Assembly: GCF_963853765.1 (NCBI RefSeq)
Contig: NC_088856.1
Location: 18,476,001 to 18,540,000, forward strand
DNA length: 64,000 nucleotides
Direction of reading: 5' to 3'
Source: Magallana gigas
Lineage: Eukaryota
Made by a program: the position numbers and the translations under genes. Of the stretch, positions 40,311 through 52,201 are shown piece after piece (position 1 is the first letter of the stretch; the number at the start of each line of letters is the position of its first letter). The notes beneath the pieces are model-generated. The model had not been told where the DNA came from, ran no database searches, and worked only from the letters and a program-made list of their open reading frames with translations.

Positions 40311-40548
40311 ACCTCAACGCAATTGATACAAGATAAATATATTATACATGTATATTACAGTCATTCAAAAGAGACAGGAGTTCCACGACCGGAAGGGCCC
40401 GGAGTACTTCGCACAGTCCGGTGGCTACAATCCCTATGCACCACCACCGCCCGCATACGGAAGCGGACCCCCGGGGGCGTTCCAGTACCAGCCCGCATAC
40501 CCCCCACCGTCAGACCCAGCTTACCCCCCGGGCTATGTCCCCCGGTAG
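37379..40548 (+). CDS. Uncharacterised single-pass membrane protein, paralog 2 (Tyr/Arg/Ser/Gly ectodomain, PPxY tail), ~182 aa
   Basis: Exons 37379-37457, 39820-39940, 40037-40197 and 40361-40548 (phases 1-2-1). Signal peptide MGNLARGLVSIFVVLLSVIVALVLFSADNVDA, ectodomain YRRGGSRYYRSYRTYYYSRYYYYSYYGYSYGG, TM VIAGAVVGGIVAVIVIVVVILII, and tail motifs PPAY and PPGY. Confidence 0.85.
40243..40309. repeat. (CT)n microsatellite in paralog 2 intron 3
   Basis: ~33 CT units inside a 163-bp intron. Confidence 0.95.
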
Positions 40549-41340
40549 TTTCAAAGTGACTCTTTTTTGACCTCTGACCCCGGCTGGTTTTGGAGTCAGA
40601 TTGTTCAGCCTTCCTTGAACAGCATTATATATTGTTAAAGCATAATACATTTTTTAAAATTAACTTTATTTGATGTGTGAATGTCCATAATAGAAGATAT
40701 GGATTATCATTTACGTTTATGGCGGTATCCTATAATACTGTACTGATATAAATATGATGGTGGAATATAACATTTACTTTTTCTCCAATCTTAGAACTTT
40801 TCATGCATTACACGTGCATGTATAAATATACTGTACATGTATATAGAGTAATATATTTATCTGTTGTCCAGCTATTTTTCTGTTTGAAAACCAACCACAC
40901 AATGTTACTCAGATGAAATAGAAAGTGATTATATTTGTATTGATTTGATGTCTATAAACAAGACTGGTGAAAACTGTTACAATGTAGAACTTTCAACATA
41001 TTTTAAAAAGTGTTGAAGGAATTAATTTTTTTTTATATCTATATTCTTACTTCTTTTTTTCACCCATCGATGCACTTGCTTCGATACCCGTGATTTCAAA
41101 CTTTCATGATAATTCATAATCTATTTAAGAATATACACAGGAAGGGTTGAAAAATTGTACGTTATAATTTATACAATATTAATGCGTGATAGGGAAAGTA
41201 CGGGTGATTAGAAAAAAATTTATACCGAGCTAATTTTGAAGGTTTTGTATAGACACTGTAACCCACGAATAATGATGGTTTATATTAAACCATTTTTTCC
41301 ATTTATTTTTTATACTTTAATAAAATCCTGGTCTCGGCAC

Positions 41341-41453
41341 CAATTTGAAGGAAGAAGTATACCAAATAGATGTTGTTTACTTGTTCAGATCTCGGACAAT
41401 TTGAAGGAAGAAATATACCAAATATATTATGTTGTTTACTTGTTCAGATCTCG
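41341..41453. repeat. Two-copy 56-bp direct repeat
   Basis: caatttgaaggaagaa(g/a)tataccaaata...tgttgtttacttgttcagatctcg at 41341 and 41397. Confidence 0.85.
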
Positions 41454-42393
41454 AACGTCTCAGTCTCTAGATTGAAACATGAGAAAGTTTGAATCGACAT
41501 CGTCCAGCTCTCCGTCCATTATTGTGCTATCATCATTTTTGTGCTATTTATTGGTTGTTGTTGTAAACAACGCCTGCTACCCATGTCTACCTGAACACTG
41601 TTGCAATGTGTTTAATATTGCACTAACTCTCCAATATTATACATGTATTTCTGTTCTGTCATGTATTTGGCCAAATTTGTTGCATGTATATGAACAAATA
41701 AGTGAATGATCTTTAATAAATGCAATGAACGTTTTAATTTTTGTTAATTCTACGTTGTTTTATGTATACTATTTTAAACAAGATTTACAGTGAATAGAAC
41801 ATCAGTAATTTAAGTAAGTATTCTTTATATTCATTGGACGGCGAAGTAATTTGAGAGCGGGGAGGGGTTGGGGGTTAGAACTGAAAAATTTTAAGTTATT
41901 ATTAGACATTAAAGAATATGCATAAGTTGCATACTAGTATGGATTTCTAATATTATTAACTTCACATTTTAAACTTTAATTATGTACAAGCATATGAATC
42001 GATTATGCAACAATTATTAAAACAGACAGTAAATCGGCAATCACAATCAAATGTCACTTTGATTCATACACTGTAAGTATGCAAAATAATTCTTCAAAAT
42101 CAACTCAGTAAGTTCATTTAATAGGCCCACTCTTCTCACTTTTTTAATAAAAAGAAGCAAACACGTAATTGCATATCTTATGTAAGTACCCGTGTATTTA
42201 ATTTTGCTGTCAGGCTTGGAAATTCCTAAAATAAATGACTGTAATCTTTGCATAAAAGCTATGAGCAGATGTACAATATTAATAACATGGATTTATAAAT
42301 GCAATAATCTGAATAACTACTAATGGGATTTGCAACCGTTTAGTTAAGGTCTCAAATTCAAGTTAGTGTCTCTAGCTGGTGTTGCAATCTTGT

Positions 42394-44570
42394 TTATAGT
42401 GCTGAGTGGACGCGCTTCAACCGCCGACCGTTTGGGGCGGATTTTTCCTGTGATTTCTTCGCCTCTTCTCTGACCTTCTCTATACGTAATGCTGATATCG
42501 TCCTACTGATTCTACTGATTCTTTGGCGATTTTGAAGAAAATCTGACTCGTCTTGCTTCTTGGTTTCAGGCGGTGGGTCAAGGTACTCATACGCAGGCGG
42601 CGGTTCCATGAAATTGCGGTAATGCATCGGGTTCGATTCATACAGAGAAATGTTCTTTTCTAATTCCTTTGACTCCCTCTTTAAAAGAACTACAATAGAA
42701 GAGAAAAATGATGATGATAGATACACGTCATATGATAGATTGTGCCTTAATGTACTCAAATTCAAGTCTCTTTACAATAGTTCCATCTACACTAGCCAAG
42801 GTTTTTCGGTCCACTCCGCTCCACATTTATGGTACATGGGGAGCGTAGTGGACCGAAAACCAATGTCTAACAAACATGCAATAGTTCAGACATTTAAAAA
42901 GAAAAAAAATCTTCCTTTTTTATCGATTTAGGTTTAATTTACATACGATGCATCACTAAAACGAACATGATAAATACAAATTGTATTCGTTCATGAGGCT
43001 TTCAAAAATAAAAAGAGGCCCATTAAACATATTGCTCACCTAGAAAAATATTTCTTGTATCATTCTATTTTTTAAATGTTTAAATATGAACTTTTTTAAA
43101 GTATAGTAATACTCTTATATATTGCAAGATACATTAAATGATAAAAGAAACCTACTATCTTGAACATCATATCCTAAGATCTCATCAACTAACCTTCTTT
43201 ATTATCCTGGGCCACAAAGCATTAAAGATAACAATATTGTAAAATGAACTATAATTAATATAAAAAGTGAAATAAAGTCACTGTACCCTTAAAATTAGGT
43301 TCAGAAGAGCTAAAACCCCAGAAAAGTATACACAAATTTTGTAATTGTATTAATAATACAATCATACATGTACCTGGTTTAGGGGTTTGCATGACTATTT
43401 TTAAGTCCGACATGTGCCTTTTGATTGGCGCCCAATTTGACTTTCGTTTTTCCTTTTCTTTGAGTTGTACCGTTGGGGACACCGCGGAGACGTGCATTTT
43501 GCTTTCGTTTTTCTCTCCGGCCCTGCAGCATTTCCAGTCGCTGACACAGTCTGAAATAGCTTCCTTTGGGGACCAAAAGGGGCAATATTTGGTGCGTAGA
43601 AGCAACACAATGGTGACTATAGCGAAAAACCCCAAAATTGAGCAAACAACAATGATCGCCACTGTATTGTCCCTAAAAAAATTAAACCTTTTTATAATTC
43701 ATGTTTTTTCTCTTCATGCTAATTGTTGATTTCAATAAAAAAGGGGGCTATAGGTAGGTGGTCATAGTTATTTTAAGACCATTAATTCTAACTTGCCGGA
43801 GAACTCTGATTAAAGCAATATGAGCTGCAATTTTCAGGTTGAAATTTTATTTACGAAAATGTTATTTTCTACTAGGTTGACAAAAGATATCATGGTTTTC
43901 AACTCTCTGTTAGCCATATTTTTGTGGAAAAGGTCGTTCAGAAGCCTTAATTGGAGCAAAGTTGAATTATTGTCGTCCTGTATAAAAATTGATCTGCTAT
44001 ATATTCCTTAGAAAAGAAATATTCCTCAGACAAAAATCAACCATTTGTTCATATCCTATTTATCATAAAAGTTTAAGTTACATGCAGACTTCTCATACTA
44101 GCAGATTTTTGCAACAAAATAAAATTCTAAAAAATACAGCTCATATTGCTTTAAATACCTTACATAGGAAAATATTAATTTAAAACAATAATTTGTGGAT
44201 TTTTATTTTACGAAATAATATTCTATGGCGGAAAAAATTAGGTCTAAAATGTTAGTATGGATCTTACACATGTAGACACATTATAATTGTTCAACATTAG
44301 TCAGAAAATGACATGAGCTCCAGCCTAATAACATTTAAGGATACTCACTCCTCTGTGCTTGAGCCAGAGTAGTAAGACCTGTACCGAGCAGATCGGGAAT
44401 ATCTTCTCGCTGCAACCCCCGAAAAACTCACTGTAAAGATAAAATTGAAATCAAGCTTATGACTGGAAAGTTCTCTGTACTGGAAGACTTGTGAAATGAA
44501 AAGCTCAGAGGTTACAGAACTTACCAATCTCAACTAAGAGTATCAGGAAAATGGTTTGAAATGACGTCAT
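42394..44570 (-). CDS. Uncharacterised single-pass membrane protein, paralog 3 (Arg/Tyr/Ser ectodomain, PPxY tail), ~240 aa
   Basis: Exons 44525-44570, 44349-44430, 43374-43672 and 42394-42689 (phases 1-2-1). Signal peptide MTSFQTIFLILLVEIVSFSGVAA, ectodomain RRYSRSARYRSYYSGSS, TM VAIIVVCSILGFFAIVTIVLLL, and tail EPPPAYEY. Confidence 0.8.
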
Positions 44571-46912
44571 GGTTCCTGCTGATGGCTGAAATGATCACGT
44601 AAACATTAATCATTCATCCTCGTACTTTCCTATCACATATTTTGAATAACATGTATACATTGTGGCGACCTCTATAACACATGAATCAATGAAGAGCCAA
44701 GAAGATACTAGTAGCCTGGATGTACACAGTAACTACACATTAGGTCAATGTTTATTATTCAAATCCCTATCAACTTTCAAGTTCTTCATATTACCCGGCA
44801 TAAGTTTTCGTTAATTTTTTTTTATATACAAATAATACACTTGAAAATACTTAAGAAGTGTTGATGATAATTTTTAAAACAAATACACGTAGTCCCTGAA
44901 CACAATTTGCTTCATCTGTTATAAACATTTTAATCTTATAAATTAGTCTAACATTCCCCCAATTATTATCCAATGCCATAGGTTAATCTTATTTCGATGG
45001 AAAAAGTTCTTTGACAAATAAAGATAATTCATTGATATGTTGTGTTTTACAAAAAGGGAACTGGTTCTCTGATCGAAATTAAAACAGAATAATACATGAT
45101 CTTTAAGCAATTACGCAGTCAAACATTGTACATGCACTTGTACATGTAATACATAAAGTGTACAGTCTACACTTGCTTGTTTAACAGGAACCTACATGCA
45201 CACACTTAGTTAGTGGTGACTAGTAATTTCCATGTCCTTGATATCAATATACCACAATTAATTATTTTGTTGACATTCTTAAAGGCATTACATATCAAAA
45301 ATCTAGAAAAAGTTGCATATTTTACCTCTTGTCCCCAAATGAAGAACCGAGCAACGATGTTACACTAGCATTTACTTCTAGGATATGTACATGGCTTGTC
45401 TCTATGTTTGGAAGTATTTGTTTATGTTAAAGACCATCAGTCAGGCTGAAAATGGCAAATGGATTTGGACATTTAAACATGGTGGGGCATTTAGTCTCAA
45501 CCAATAATTAGACACATTTTTAAAAAACGTAGAGGTCTGATCAGCACTTAATCGCGCGAAAATTTGATTTTCTCAAGCAATGTAAATGAATGAATTAAAA
45601 AAAATATATATATATTTAAATAAATCAAATGTATTTAAATTTCAATAACATAGAAATTCAATAATCAGATAATTATAAATCCAAATGTAAAATTACATTT
45701 AGTTAGAAAAATTCCCATACTTTTATGTGTTTAAAGCAGTCAGGTGGATGAATGATAAAATCAGGCTTAAATATCAAAGAAAAGTGCTGTTTTTGCTACT
45801 TAAAAAAGTTTAATACCGAATATATATCGCAAAAATCAATTTGATATTTAGACATTAATTCAAAAAAGCATAAAATGAATTCACAAAAACTGACTGTACC
45901 ACTTTGTGAAACAAAGCGCCAAAATTTGCATCAGCAGAAAAATTACTCCGAATATACCCAATGTCATTGAACGGTAAGTGTAGAAAAGACAATTGCACAA
46001 TGCACTAGATATATGCTATTACAGGCGCTGCACAACATGCTGAAAAAATATCAATATTCAAACAATAGAATGCTTTTTGGGGATTCATGCAGGTATGAAA
46101 GTAGATCATAGCATTGCAGGAAAGTACAAACCCCACGTTATTCTGCAATAATCGCTACCTTAATAACCCGCATGAAATTATCAAGATACATGTAGCATTT
46201 TTTTTTTTTTTACATGTATATTAACATTTTTTTTTTGGATGAATTACTGAGGTAATCATAAAGAGAAGATAAAGAAACTTAATTAATAATTGTTAATGTA
46301 CATAAAGAAATTTGATCAAGGAAATAGCAAGTTTGCTTGTATTGGAATTTGAGTCTGACATCATCATCATCATTTCAAGCAGTCCGTGAATTTTCTTCCG
46401 TGAAAATTTCAACGGATCAACGAACTGGTTAAAACTGGATCGTGCAGATTTCAGCCCTGTCAATTTCGAAAGGACTATGCGTCTGACGTTGGAAATATTT
46501 CAATTAACATAATTCCCTGTACTATAATATTAATACATGGAATTATCATAAACAGAAACAATTATTTCTGTTTATAATAATTTAATGTATTATTATGTAC
46601 AGTACGAGTAATTATCATATCATAATATATTCCATTTTATTATAATTTTATGTATTATAATAGTACAGGAAATTACCTTATCATAAATACATGTAGAAAC
46701 AATTATGTTTAACATTTTAAAAAATGAACTTCTTGTTGAATAATATTGTGTTTTCTCTTGAATACACAAGGTATCAAAAAGAACAATGGAAAACTAGGTT
46801 TTATGATTTTATTACGACTTAATTAAATGATGATTAAAATTAAAAAACAAATACATTATAAGGCAGTGTATTTGAGTAAATGATTGCACTTAATTCATTA
46901 ACAGTATTTGGG

Positions 46913-49900
46913 TCACAGTTCTTCTTTGACGATATTATCCTCATCTAATAAAACTTCTTCTTGAACCAAGTTAATGTCATTTAAATATGACGGAAGTGTG
47001 TCACTTGCGCAGCGGAAGCCTAAATTGACCGCCGAGCTGTCCGGTGTATTCTGACTCCTAGCGTCACATCTATAACGATAGCAGTAGTTCTGGAAATAAA
47101 AGGATAGGAATTCATTGCTAAGAGAATCCACAGATATCAAATACATGCACTTGTAAATGTACCAAACTACACATGTAAAACGTTAACAGTAGTTCTAGAA
47201 ATAAAAAGACAGGAATTCATTGCTTAAAAGAATCATTTCGAATACAAGTCCTGCAAAATGTACTCTGTTTCTATTTTTTGAATAACAACTACCGATTATT
47301 ATTAATATTGGAGATGAGGAAAGTATTTTAAGCATGCTTCGTGTCTATGATAGTACATATATTAATTATAATATCATTTATCTTACTTTATGACACATAT
47401 AAGAGCCTCCTTTCTTTACTTTGTCTGTTCCAAAACGTGGTCCTTTCTGTAACATCAGTAATACACCATAAAATCAACAAATACTCTAAATGTTCTGATG
47501 AGCAACTCACAATTTTACACAGCACATGTATGTGAAGGAATCAAAATAATGTACATGTACAATCAAGCAAATCTGATTGTGGTGTGCATTTCTTATGTTT
47601 GCCTTTTTTGCGGTTGCATGGTATCACAGAACGAAATTCTGAAATTTTGCTGCCACTTGTTGTAAATGCTTTCAATCTGCTTTTTAATTTCTTATGCTAC
47701 AAATCTTCAAGTTGACTTAACTTTTTTTTAAACTAATATCTGCTGAATAAAATATTTTTATGCAATGATATTTTATCTTAGCTTCATGTGAACTTTTTCG
47801 TTGGCACTGCACAGGTTTGAGTGTTCAAAAAATTAAAAATAAACAAAGGGTGTTCTTTGTATTGAGAATGCCCACCTACTACCGTAATGGCTTTACCTAC
47901 ATGTATATTGTCACTAAAAAATGTTTGATATGGCACTTACAGGGTTTTTCTTTGGGGTGGGAGTAAACTTGGTCTCCCACCAATCTTGTGTCCACTCCCA
48001 AACGTTTCCTATGATGTTTTTAACACCAAATATATTTTGTTCTGGAAATTCTGTAACCTGTAAATTGAAATATGATTTAATAAAATTTCAAGCATAACTA
48101 CAATATCAAGCATTTTTATAGTATTTTTAAACCTTAATTCTAATTTTTACCATGTATTTGATTGCTTGCAGCACACGTACAGCATTGGAATTCATGATCT
48201 TTGTGACATGAATAAATATATGACATATACACATAGGCCTACTCCAACAATAATTCAAATTTTCTAAAACTTTGCTAAAAGTATCAAGCCTTTAACATAC
48301 AAATTGAGGTCTTAAATTGAGTCATTTACTGAAATTATTTTATACCACATGTCAATTTATCTGAGTCCAGGAGATGTTTAAGATTCAATGGATTGATGAG
48401 CAATAAATGATTGTTTTAAGCAATAAACTATGTACAGAAAAACACAGTTATAGCGACCACGCTTTTAATGAATTGATGCTTACAGCAAAGTGATTTCCAT
48501 TCCACGTGACATTATTTCATGTTGTAAACTTGACAGATATAATGAATTACGCTTTTAACGAGGCAAAATAGTCAGTCCCTGGCACTTCGTTATAAGTGTG
48601 CTTTACTGTAATCACTGTTTGTCTTTGAGCATCCACACTTCGTATGTGTCGTTTTGTTGTGAATGTACATGTATTATTAAAGTCTACTGAAGAGATAATT
48701 TACATGTACATATGGCAAAACATTGTGCAAAGTATTCATCTAACAATTTAGTACAGTAAAACAAGCTTATACTGAAGTGCCTGGGACGGGAAATTTTATT
48801 TTGTTATAAGCCTAGTTTATTATATCCGTCAAGTTTACAACATGTAATTAAGTCACGTGGAATGAAAATCACTTCGCTGTAAGCCTAAATTCATCATAAG
48901 CATGTTTGCTATAACCATGTTTTACTGTATAAATCACTCACTGGGGCTGTGGTATGATAGCCATCGTCTGCTAAGTTCTCAGAGGGAAATTTCCCATGCC
49001 AGATATTCATCCAATGTTTCCCTTTGGGCTCTTCCTTATTTCCCCATGGAAAAAGTCTGCATGTTGAGGTAATATTTAAAAAAAAATATCAACATCAAAA
49101 TAAAATGCAAAAAACAATCATTTTACCCCCCCCCCCCCCCCCCGCCTCCCCACACACACAATACATAATTATTTCCCTCTTTCTTTTGTATTTATAAAGA
49201 GGGAAGTTGTCTGACCTTGATTTGAGATTGCCTTTACAAGCACGCTCAAACTCTGCTTCTGTCGGCAGTCGTTTCCCCGCCCACTCACAGTATTTGACAG
49301 CATCGTTCCAGGACACATGTACAACAGGGTGATCCATTCTGGAATACATTTATTTTGTTTAATCAAAAACTAGATACATGCATCTCAAAATGACATAATT
49401 GCTATTAAATGTTATCATTTATACATGCAGATTCAAAGAATCAGATAAAAATTTCTTAAATATGTCATAGGATTATCTAAAAATTTATAGTCTGAAGTCA
49501 ATACAAAATTTGAATTTTCTGTATTTTTTTACGTCATCAATATTTGTGTGCAAAAAGGATAACGAGGTGACATGTACCGTAGTTGGATGGTTGTGATACA
49601 GTACTAGCCAGTGGTAAATGTTTTCCAAATTAAATGTAATTGCTATTGCTCTGTCTCATCTCATATGCCCCTCTTATATAACATGTATTGGAAGTTGGAT
49701 TATGACATGATTAATACAGTCTTGAGAAACATCCAGATCTAGTTGTTTTCAAAGATGCAGACTTACATGTCTTTGATGGAAGAATCTGGTCCATTGGGGT
49801 GCCTCCAGTCAGCGCCGTTTATTGGGACCCACCAGGGGGCAGCAGCTACCTACAAGTATATAAATACTACAGTGCTCTAAAAAGTCAGTTACAGTCATTA

Positions 49901-51604
49901 CAAATATATACATCTGTATGCATGATTTCTTCATACAGGATAATTTTATATCCTCTCTCTCATTGTTTTTGATCAATTTTAGAGTTTTCTCCACTTTTTC
50001 TACACTTTATACATGCAATTGAGTCAGAGAAGATTTAATTAAAATGAAGTGAAGTAGCTATTAACAAGTGTGACTAAGAAGAGCTGCAATAATGTGCCCT
50101 CTCTAATTTTTTTTTACCTGATATTTTCTGGAGAAAGATTAAAACTCTCCCCCCCCCCCCCTTTAAATGGGAGAGGGCTACATTTTTGCAGCTTAATAAG
50201 AATTTTAACACTGGGTCCAAATCATCCTTTGCGTACAGTATCTTATTGGCAGAAACAAAATGTCTTGACAAAAAATAAAATCAACAGATATTTCAACAGC
50301 TCACTTACCGATTGAGTGACATTTTTTAAAACTTCTTCACTGACATAATTCTCCAAGCAAAAGGAATTTCCAAAACTTTCTGCCTGCCAAAAAAAGAAAG
50401 AAAATAAATACACCCTTATTATCTTTCAACCAAATACTGATTTATGGTACAAATACAAAATCTTAGACTAGAAGTTTCCTTTTTAAAAATATACCAATAA
50501 TCCAATATATCTGAGTTGAGTATAATTGAACATGTTTAAAAGGAATAAAACAAATTTTATTAACAATTAAGATTATTAAAGAATAAGATAGTGTGTACTC
50601 ACTAGCCTATATCAATTTTAAATAGTAATGCCAATGCTACATATGTACATGTATAAAAACAACTCTTTATATCACGACTAGCCCTTATCAACCAGCCTAG
50701 CATGCTATTAAAAATTCAGTCTGATACTGTGTGATGTAATGCATATTGCAATATACCGGTATGTACTATATTCATGTACATGCATGTTGTGATGTACCAG
50801 GTATATCAAACATAACTCTATGATCATAGACAGATAAAGATGTTTGTTTAGGCCTATAAACTGCAAGATTTGTCTATTATAAAGTGCATTATATATCACT
50901 GCATTGCGAAAGAAACAAACTTTTTTCCTGGCTGTAATAGACTTTTGATACATGTATCACAACATGGTGAATTTTGTAGAATGCTGTCAAAATATTGATA
51001 AGTACCAGGTATATGCAAGGTTATAAAAAAATTACGGAATAAAATAAAATTCCCATTCAAAAAATCAGGGAATAAGAAACATGCATGGTTGCTTACAACT
51101 TTTCATTAATGTACACATCAGAGCTGCATCATCTATGGGTATTTTTTTTCGGACAAGAATCTTAATTAAATAAGATATAAATATCATGTTCACTCAGTGT
51201 CATAATTATACCTCCGTCACATATTTTGTTTCTGCTACAAATCTTTGAAACTCGGCGTTACTGACTTCATGTTTATCCAGATAGAATCCATACACTGTGA
51301 CTTTCCTCGCTGGACCTTCCCCGTCTACTGGAAAAACTGGTTCATCAGTCCCCATAGTAAAAGTCCCCCGTTCTATGAACAACATCTCATTTGTTCGGGG
51401 TATATCAGATGGAATGTTTACATGTTGTTCATCTGCCTTTTCATTATGTTCATTGTTTGAGTATTTAGTAGAGTCACGGTTAACTTTACACCCACAGCCT
51501 TCTTCTTTTGAATCGCCATCACATTGACTTGAATCCCCATCACATGTTTCACACGAGGTGCACAGGAAAAGTGAAAGTAGAAACACGCACACTAGTTTTT
51601 CCAT
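46913..51604 (-). CDS. SUMF1: Formylglycine-generating enzyme (sulfatase-modifying factor 1), 380 aa
   Basis: Exons 51212-51604, 50309-50383, 49767-49849, 49216-49338, 48942-49056, 47941-48057, 47387-47446 and 46913-47089. It has a signal peptide, an N-terminal CGC motif, [26 protein letters not shown], and the FGE-specific [16 protein letters not shown]...NLGFRC. Confidence 0.95.
48435..48927. mobile_element. Two inverted copies of a ~175-bp TA-flanked MITE (48435-48608 and 48754-48927)
   Basis: The second copy is the reverse complement of the first (e.g. gtgatttccattccacgtgac vs gtcacgtggaatgaaaatcac; gtaaacttgac vs gtcaagtttac). Confidence 0.75.
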
Positions 51605-52201
51605 GTCTGTCGAGTAGATCGATATATTGGGAAAAAAAAGATGAATATCCGATATTAGCTCCACGAAATATTAATGTATTAACGACGTGGTGATGTTATG
51701 GTTGAACGATTCCAAAGAATCTGCAATCAGTTGTTTGTTATTTTGGCACGTAAAACTTTACACAACTTCTACACAGGTTCCTCTGTGTGATTTTAAGGGT
51801 TTTCCAGATACTACTTATCTCCTCTAGAATCTCAACAATACGACCGAAAAAATGCATTTATCGTGTCAAGCCGAAGGATGAACTTTAAGGACGTCATCAC
51901 CTCAGTTTGTGAACTTTAAAAAGTTTATGCTACTTTCAGGTTAAGGAAAATAAAGTTAACTCGTTCATTGAAAATAGCGATCGGATAGTTTTCACCTTCT
52001 ATTGTTGTTTTTATCGAGGAAACAAAAGTTAATATTGAAATCAAATAAATGATATTTAGGCAATGTTTCAACTTAGACTTAGCATGTCAAAATTATTCCA
52101 AGACCAACTTAACCTGTCAGAAACCACATGTATCTACTTTCACTTTCGATTTGATTAAACACAAACGACCGATAAACAATGAGAGAGAACTTGCAAGGAA
52201 C
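51605..52201. promoter_or_regulatory. Putative bidirectional promoter SUMF1/HEMK1
   Basis: Divergent start codons are 597 bp apart across a CpG-containing spacer. Confidence 0.6.

Noticed and set aside
51605-51664. 20-aa N-terminal extension of SUMF1 in the ORF track
   Set aside because: It begins at GTG. The ATG at 51604 directly starts a good signal peptide.
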